Positions 59,028 through 64,000 of a stretch of 64,000 bases of DNA are shown piece after piece. The notes beneath the pieces were generated by a model that saw only the letters and a list, made by a program, of their open reading frames with translations, searched no databases and was not told the origin of the DNA. Both the position numbers and the translations under genes were made by a program. Position 1 is the stretch's first letter. The number at the start of each line of letters is the position of its first letter. This DNA is from Gammaproteobacteria bacterium (GTDB lineage: Bacteria; Pseudomonadota; Gammaproteobacteria; Steroidobacterales; PWYM01): contig PWZL01000012.1 in assembly GCA_003567475.1 (NCBI GenBank), positions 5,290-69,289 on the forward strand. Reading direction: 5' to 3'.

Positions 59028-59800
59028 GTGCCGAGCGCTGCGCCATCCGCATGCGCGACATCCATACGCGCTTCGGTGACACTGTGGTGCATCGGGGGAT
59101 CAGTCTGTGTGTGCGCGAGGGCGAGCGGCTGGGGCTGGTCGGCGGGTCGGGCAGCGGCAAGACGACGCTGTTGCGCGAGATGATCGGTCTGCTGCGCCCC
59201 AGCGAGGGTCAGGTGGAGGTGTTCGGGCAGGACCTCCACACCAGTGATGCCGAGCAGCTGCAGGCGCTGCGCAATCGCTACGGCGTGCTGTTCCAGGCCG
59301 GGGCGCTGTTCACCGACCTCAACGTGTTCGATAACATCGCCTTGCCGCTCAGGGAGCTGAGGCGTCTCGACGAGTCGCTGATCGGCGAGCTGGTCATGCT
59401 CAAGCTCGCACTCGTCAATCTCGATCCGTCGGTCGCCCGATCAATGCCCTGGGAGCTCTCCGGCGGCATGGTCAAGCGGGTCGCGCTGGCCCGCGCCCTG
59501 GCGCTGGAGCCGGAACTGCTGTTCCTGGACGAGCCGACCTCGGGGCTCGACCCGATCGCCAGCGACAACTTCGTCCAGCTGATCAATCGGCTGCATCGCG
59601 AACTCGGCTTCACCCTGGTGATGATCACCCACGACCTGCACACGCTGCCCGACCTGTGCGATCGTATTGCCGTGCTGGCCGATGGCGGTCTGGTGTCCAT
59701 CGGGACGCTGGCTGAGGTGGCCGACGTCGATCATCCGTTCGTCCGCGAGTTTTTCCGCGGCAAACGGGCTCGCCGCGTACTGACTGCGGCAGGAGGCTGA
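59024..59800 (+). CDS. MlaF-like ABC transporter ATP-binding protein
   Basis: ATGA overlap with the permease gene. It has the Walker A GGSGSGKTTLL, the signature LSGGMVKRVALARAL, and LLFLDEPTSGLD. Confidence 0.88.
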   Translation: MSAERCAIRMRDIHTRFGDTVVHRGISLCVREGERLGLVGGSGSGKTTLLREMIGLLRPSEGQVEVFGQDLHTSDAEQLQALRNRYGVLFQAGALFTDLNVFDNIALPLRELRRLDESLIGELVMLKLALVNLDPSVARSMPWELSGGMVKRVALARALALEPELLFLDEPTSGLDPIASDNFVQLINRLHRELGFTLVMITHDLHTLPDLCDRIAVLADGGLVSIGTLAEVADVDHPFVREFFRGKRARRVLTAAGG

Positions 59801-60721
59801 ATGTACAACCATGCTTACGCACTGGTGACTGGCGCGTTTCTCGTGCTGCTTACGGCGGGCGCGTTGCTGGTGGCGTGGTGGCTGACCGGGGCCGATGCCC
59901 AGAGTCGACCCTATGTGGTGGTCACCGAGGGCGGCGTCACCGGTCTCGGGGAGGGCTCGCAGGTGTTCTTCCGCGGCGTGCGCGCCGGTCGGGTCGAACA
60001 GATCACCATCAATCCCGAGCAGGCGGCCGAGATTCTCATCCGGATCAGCGTCAACGAGGCTATCCCGGTGAGCCGCGGGACGTATGCCACCCTGCAGCTC
60101 TCGGGGCTCACCGGCCTGACCCAGATCGAACTCGACGACACCCGCGAAGACCTGCGGCCGCTACCCACGAGCGCAGAGGCGCCAGCGAAGATTCCGATGC
60201 GGCCGGGTTTGTTCGATCGATTCGTCGCCTCCGGGCCCGAGCTGCTGGCCAACATCAACGAGCTTACCCTGCGATTGACCGAGCTGTTCGACGAGGACAC
60301 TCGTGCGCGGGTGTCTGGCATCCTCGAGCGTACGGACCAGCTGATCGGCGGCATGGATCGGCTGACGGCGCAGGTCGAAGCGGAGATCGCGCGCAGCAGT
60401 GATGCCGTGGCTGAAGCGCTCGATGCCATGGGTGGGCTGATCGGGGAGGCGGGCGGTGCGCTGGGTCGGGTCGACGGTGTGCTTGAACGGGTGGATGAGA
60501 TGATGGTGGAGTTGAGCCAGGTGGCGGCGGCTGGACGGCAACTGACTGAAGATCTCGGCACCCAGGCGCTGCCGGGACTGGAAAGCCTGCTTGGCGAGCT
60601 CGAAGCCTCCGGTCGCGAGCTTGGCCGGCTGGCTCGCGACCTGCGCCGGCGCCCAGAGAGCGCGTTGTATGGCCGACCGCGGCCGCCGCCGGGTCCGGGC
60701 GAAGAGGAGTTTGCGCCATGA
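59801..60721 (+). CDS. MlaD/MCE-domain substrate-binding protein
   Basis: It has an N-terminal TM anchor, an MCE domain (VTGLGEGSQVFFRGVRAGRVEQI...LSGLTGLTQIELD) and a helical C-terminal region. Confidence 0.85.
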   Translation: MYNHAYALVTGAFLVLLTAGALLVAWWLTGADAQSRPYVVVTEGGVTGLGEGSQVFFRGVRAGRVEQITINPEQAAEILIRISVNEAIPVSRGTYATLQLSGLTGLTQIELDDTREDLRPLPTSAEAPAKIPMRPGLFDRFVASGPELLANINELTLRLTELFDEDTRARVSGILERTDQLIGGMDRLTAQVEAEIARSSDAVAEALDAMGGLIGEAGGALGRVDGVLERVDEMMVELSQVAAAGRQLTEDLGTQALPGLESLLGELEASGRELGRLARDLRRRPESALYGRPRPPPGPGEEEFAP

Positions 60722-61314
60722 CCCGCCTTGGTTCCCGCGTCCGTGCTGCCGTCCTGCTCCCCGCGCTGCTGCTGGTCGGGTGCGCGGGGCTGTTGCCCGA
60801 GCCGGCCCCGCCGCCGCGAGGATTCGACTTCGGGCCATTACCGGACAGCGCGTCGACGCCCCCGCTGGCCGCGGGTGTCAGCCTGATCGCCGTGCGGGCG
60901 CCGAGCTGGCTGGACGGCCCCGAGATCCGCTACCGGCAGCTGGACCGCCACCCCGCGGCGCTGTCGGCGTACGCGGGCAGCGAGTGGGTCGCGCCGCCGG
61001 CGGAGCTGCTGGAACAGCGCTTGCGTCATCGGCTCGCTGCCCTGGATTCGTCGGCTAACGCGGCCGTCGCCCCCGCCCGCCTGGAGATCGAGCTGCAGGC
61101 CTTCGAGCAGCGGTTCGAAAGCCCACAGCAGGCCACGGTGCTCGCCAGCGCGCGTGCCTCGCTTGCGCGCCGCGGTGACATCCCGCAGACCCGCGTATTC
61201 ACCATCGAAGTGGCAAGCACGCCTGACGTCGCCGGCGCCACCCGCAGCCTGCCGCAGGCAGCCGATGCCCTGGTCGAGGCCATCCTCGCCTGGCTGAGCG
61301 CTGACGGCGACTGA
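60718..61314 (+). CDS. ABC-type transport auxiliary lipoprotein (DUF330/PqiC-like)
   Basis: It has the lipobox LLLVGC and an ATGA overlap with the MCE gene. Size and position match auxiliary lipoproteins of MCE systems. Confidence 0.7.
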   Translation: MTRLGSRVRAAVLLPALLLVGCAGLLPEPAPPPRGFDFGPLPDSASTPPLAAGVSLIAVRAPSWLDGPEIRYRQLDRHPAALSAYAGSEWVAPPAELLEQRLRHRLAALDSSANAAVAPARLEIELQAFEQRFESPQQATVLASARASLARRGDIPQTRVFTIEVASTPDVAGATRSLPQAADALVEAILAWLSADGD

Positions 61315-61431
61315 GCCGCTGCCGCCGGCCGGCGTCGCGTTCACGCACCGGACAGACCGCGCTGCGCTGCCGCTGCCGCATCCGGTCGCGGCTACCATCG
61401 TTGCCTCGGCGTGGTGGTGACGAGGAGCGAA

Positions 61432-62583
61432 ATGAACAGGCGGGAGTTTCTAGGGACAACGGCGGCCGCGGCCGGTGGCGCGGCCAGTGGCCTCGCCGGC
61501 GGCGGTCTGGCGCTGGCGGCGACGGGGGAGGCGACGGCGGGTGGTGCCGAGGCGTCGTCTGCCTCGGGTCATTCGCGCGTCTGGCAGGTGGGCGCAGCGG
61601 GTGATTTCGACACCCTGCGCTTGGCGACGCGGGAGACACCGCGGCCGGGTCGCGATGAAGTCCTGGTCGATGTCCACATGAGTGGCCTGGCCGCGCGCGA
61701 CCAGGCGATCGTGCGCGGCTGGTTCCTCGAGGACAAACCGCCGACGCGGATTCCGCTGAGCGAAGGCGTGGGCACGGTGGCCGCGGTCGGTGAGGGGGTC
61801 ACCGGTGTCGCGGTGGGTGAGCGCGTGACCTGTGCGCACTTCGCCCGCTGGATCAGCGGCCCGTGGGACCCGGTAAATTATGCGGTCGACGTGGGCAATA
61901 CCGTCGACGGCTGGCTCGGCGAGCGTGTCCTCCTGCCAGCATCCGGCGTGTTGCGCGTGCCCGAGGGCGTGGATGATCGGACGGCGGCCACGGTCAGCGG
62001 TTCGGGCGTCACCGCCTGGCAGGCCCTGCATGAGGTCGCGCGGGTGCGCGCGGGCGATACGGTGCTGACGCTGGGTACCGGTGGGGTCTCCACCTGGGGC
62101 CTGCTGATCGCCAAGGCGGCCGGTGCCCGGGTGGTGATGACCTCCTCCAGCGACGAAAAACTCGCACAGATGCGTGCGCTCGGGGCCGATGTCACGGTCA
62201 ATTACCGTCGTCACCGGGACTGGGGAGAGCGCATCCACGCGGAAACCGGGGGCGCGAACATCGTGTTGGAGACGGTCGGCCGCATCACGCTGGATCGCTC
62301 CATGCAGGCCTGCGCGAACAACGCCATGGTGGTGATGATCGGCACCACACCGCTGCCGGAGCGTCTGCCAGAGATGCCGGGCCTGTACGTCCGCAATCTC
62401 GGGCTGCGGGCCATCAGTAATGGCAGCCGGGACATGCTTGCGGCCCTGCTGCGTGCGGTGGCCGCCAATGGGATCGAGGCGGTGGTGGGGGGCGTGTTCG
62501 GCTTCGAGGACGTGGTGGCCGCCTTCGAGTACGCCGCCGCTGCCGATCATGCCGGCAAGGTGCTGATCGACCACCGCCTCTGA
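61432..62583 (+). CDS. MDR-superfamily (quinone oxidoreductase/zeta-crystallin-like) oxidoreductase with twin-arginine signal peptide
   Basis: ATG at 61432. MNRREFLGTTAAAAGGAASGLAGGGLALAA is a Tat motif (RREFL) plus h-region. It has a GroES-like domain (...PLSEGVGTVAAVGEGV...) and a Rossmann motif LTLGTGGVSTWGLLIAKAAGARVV. I saw no catalytic-zinc Cys/His set. Confidence 0.8.
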   Translation: MNRREFLGTTAAAAGGAASGLAGGGLALAATGEATAGGAEASSASGHSRVWQVGAAGDFDTLRLATRETPRPGRDEVLVDVHMSGLAARDQAIVRGWFLEDKPPTRIPLSEGVGTVAAVGEGVTGVAVGERVTCAHFARWISGPWDPVNYAVDVGNTVDGWLGERVLLPASGVLRVPEGVDDRTAATVSGSGVTAWQALHEVARVRAGDTVLTLGTGGVSTWGLLIAKAAGARVVMTSSSDEKLAQMRALGADVTVNYRRHRDWGERIHAETGGANIVLETVGRITLDRSMQACANNAMVVMIGTTPLPERLPEMPGLYVRNLGLRAISNGSRDMLAALLRAVAANGIEAVVGGVFGFEDVVAAFEYAAAADHAGKVLIDHRL

Positions 62584-62689
62584 CCGGGTTGCGGGCCGGC
62601 GCGCCGGCCCCGGCCCGGCCGCCGGTGAGGTCGCCTCGACTGGCGGGAACCGCTACAGTGTCGCCTTCCTCGACGGTAGGGAAGGACCC

Positions 62690-64000
62690 ATGGCAGAGCC
62701 CGTCTTCGATCATCGCAAACTGTCGAACCGTATCCTGCTCGCCTTGCTGGCAGGCCTGGTCTTCGGCGTCGCCCTGAATCTCACCATCGCCGATCGTGAG
62801 TGGGCGCAGTCTTTCCTGATCGATGGCCTGCTGACCGTCGTCGGCGAGATTTTTGTCCGCCTGCTGAGCATGCTGGTCGTGCCGCTGGTGTTTGTCTCGC
62901 TGATCACCGGCGTCAGCGCCTTGAGCGATCCTAAAAGCCTTGGGCGCATCGGCGGCAAGGCGGTCTTTCTCTACATGCTCACCACCGGCGTGGCGATTTC
63001 GCTGGCGCTTGCCGGCGGGTTGATCGTCCAGCCAGGCCTCGGCGCCAGTCCGGTCGAGCAGGTGACCCGCGAGATCGCCGCCCAGCCGTCCTTCGGCCAG
63101 GTCCTCATCGACATGGTACCGCGCAACCCGGTCGCGGCCATGGCCAGCGGCGACATGCTGCCGATCATCATCTTCGCCGTGCTGGTGGGCCTTGCCATCG
63201 CGATGTCGGGTGAGTCGGGGCGTCGTGTCGGTGGGTTTTTCACCGACTTCAACACCGTCATCATGCGCCTGGTCGAGTTCGTCATGCTGCTCGCGCCCTA
63301 CGGCGTGTTTGCGCTGATTGCGGTGCTGGGTGCAACCACTGGCATCAGCACCTTTCTCGGCGTGCTGAAATACGTCGTGCTGGTGCTGGTCATGCTCCTG
63401 ATCCATGCCGCATTGACGTATTCACTGCTATTGAAATTCACCACCGGCCTGAGTCCGAGGGTGTTTTTCAGCAAGATCCGCGCAGTGCAGGCCTTCGCGT
63501 TCTCCACCGCGTCGAGCGGCGCCACCATCCCGGTGACGCTGAAGACCGTCGAGCAGCGCCTGGGTGTGGACAACCGGGTCGCCTCGTTCACCGTGCCGCT
63601 AGGCGCGACCATCAACATGGACGGTACAGCCATCATGCAGGGTGTGGCGACGCTGTTCATCGCCCAGTATTTCGGCGTCGATCTCAGCTTCGCGCAGATG
63701 CTGATGGTGGTGCTCATGGTGATCATGGCGTCGGTGGGCGCGGCGGGTGTGCCGGGCGTCGGCTTGGTGCTGCTGGCCGGCGTGCTCGCCTCCGTGGGCC
63801 TGCCGGCCGAAGGCATTGCGCTCATTCTCGGGGTGGACCGTATCCTCGACATGACCCGCACTGCCGTGAATGTCACCGGCGATTGCGCCGTCTCCACCAT
63901 CGTGGCGCACTCGGAGGGCAGCCTGGATCTCGCGGTGTTCCATGAGCGTGATGACGCGCCGGCCGGGGCGGGTGCAGCGACGCGCCGCGGCAGCGAGGCC
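62690..64000 (+). CDS. Dicarboxylate/amino acid:cation symporter (DAACS family); 3' end beyond window
   Basis: Not in the ORF track because there is no stop in the window. My translation from the ATG at 62690 (GGGAAGGA upstream) is MAEPVFDHRKLSNRILLALLAGLVFGV.... It contains the DAACS motifs ...FSTASSGATIPVT... and ...VPLGATINMDGTAIMQG.... Confidence 0.88.
   Translation, partial: MAEPVFDHRKLSNRILLALLAGLVFGVALNLTIADREWAQSFLIDGLLTVVGEIFVRLLSMLVVPLVFVSLITGVSALSDPKSLGRIGGKAVFLYMLTTGVAISLALAGGLIVQPGLGASPVEQVTREIAAQPSFGQVLIDMVPRNPVAAMASGDMLPIIIFAVLVGLAIAMSGESGRRVGGFFTDFNTVIMRLVEFVMLLAPYGVFALIAVLGATTGISTFLGVLKYVVLVLVMLLIHAALTYSLLLKFTTGLSPRVFFSKIRAVQAFAFSTASSGATIPVTLKTVEQRLGVDNRVASFTVPLGATINMDGTAIMQGVATLFIAQYFGVDLSFAQMLMVVLMVIMASVGAAGVPGVGLVLLAGVLASVGLPAEGIALILGVDRILDMTRTAVNVTGDCAVSTIVAHSEGSLDLAVFHERDDAPAGAGAATRRGSEA

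Noticed and set aside
62593-62610. Perfect 18-bp GC palindrome GGGCCGGCGCGCCGGCCC just after the MDR oxidoreductase stop, considered as a terminator
   Set aside because: It has no T-tract on either side and is all G/C, so I cannot support an intrinsic-terminator call. It may still be a hairpin or a protein site, so it is not listed as a feature.

Overview
64-kb chromosomal window from a GC-rich Gammaproteobacterium (visibly about two-thirds G+C; not computed). All calls come from reading the supplied ORF translations and the DNA by eye. No database or HMM search was run.

The window is tightly packed and almost entirely core housekeeping. Left to right:
- a TlpA-like redoxin (partial), a BdhA-like SDR, tatABC, dtd, a small TPR protein, trkH-trkA and uvrD
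- a complete aa3-type cytochrome c oxidase biogenesis cluster: DUF2244-coxB-coxA-(40-codon ORF)-cox11-coxC, DUF2909, SURF1, a SCO-like protein, ctaA and cyoE
- bioB-bioC, comF, ubiC-ubiA, then recG-ridA-spoT-rpoZ-gmk-yicC
- an orphan PP2C phosphatase, rph-rdgB-hemW, rpmE, gltA and ponA
- pilMNOPQ, then an Ig-repeat lipoprotein, then aroK-aroB
- a dGTPase-like gene, pyrF-hemE, fadD plus a lipoprotein, and tesA / ybbA-ybbP
- a DUF3300 protein, a four-gene Mla/MCE-like ABC system, a Tat-signal MDR oxidoreductase, and a DAACS symporter (partial)

I recognised no rRNA, tRNA, CRISPR array, transposase, integrase or phage gene.

Signals most worth a second look:
1. A 375-bp hemW-rpmE spacer holds the only strongly AT-rich tract in the window, flanked by a tight cluster of consensus DnaA boxes. 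Gene orientation also flips nearby: 30 of 33 genes to the left are on the minus strand and 26 of 31 to the right are on the plus strand. Together these suggest an oriC-like or DnaA-control locus in a non-canonical gene context.
2. A 631-aa multi-Ig-domain lipoprotein is wedged into the normally contiguous pilQ-aroK junction.
3. An MDR-family NAD(P)-type oxidoreductase carries a twin-arginine export signal.

I found no clear-cut novel multi-gene system such as a defence island or toxin-antitoxin pair. The rest looks like ordinary core genome. The many long antisense ORFs in the track are treated as high-GC artefacts.
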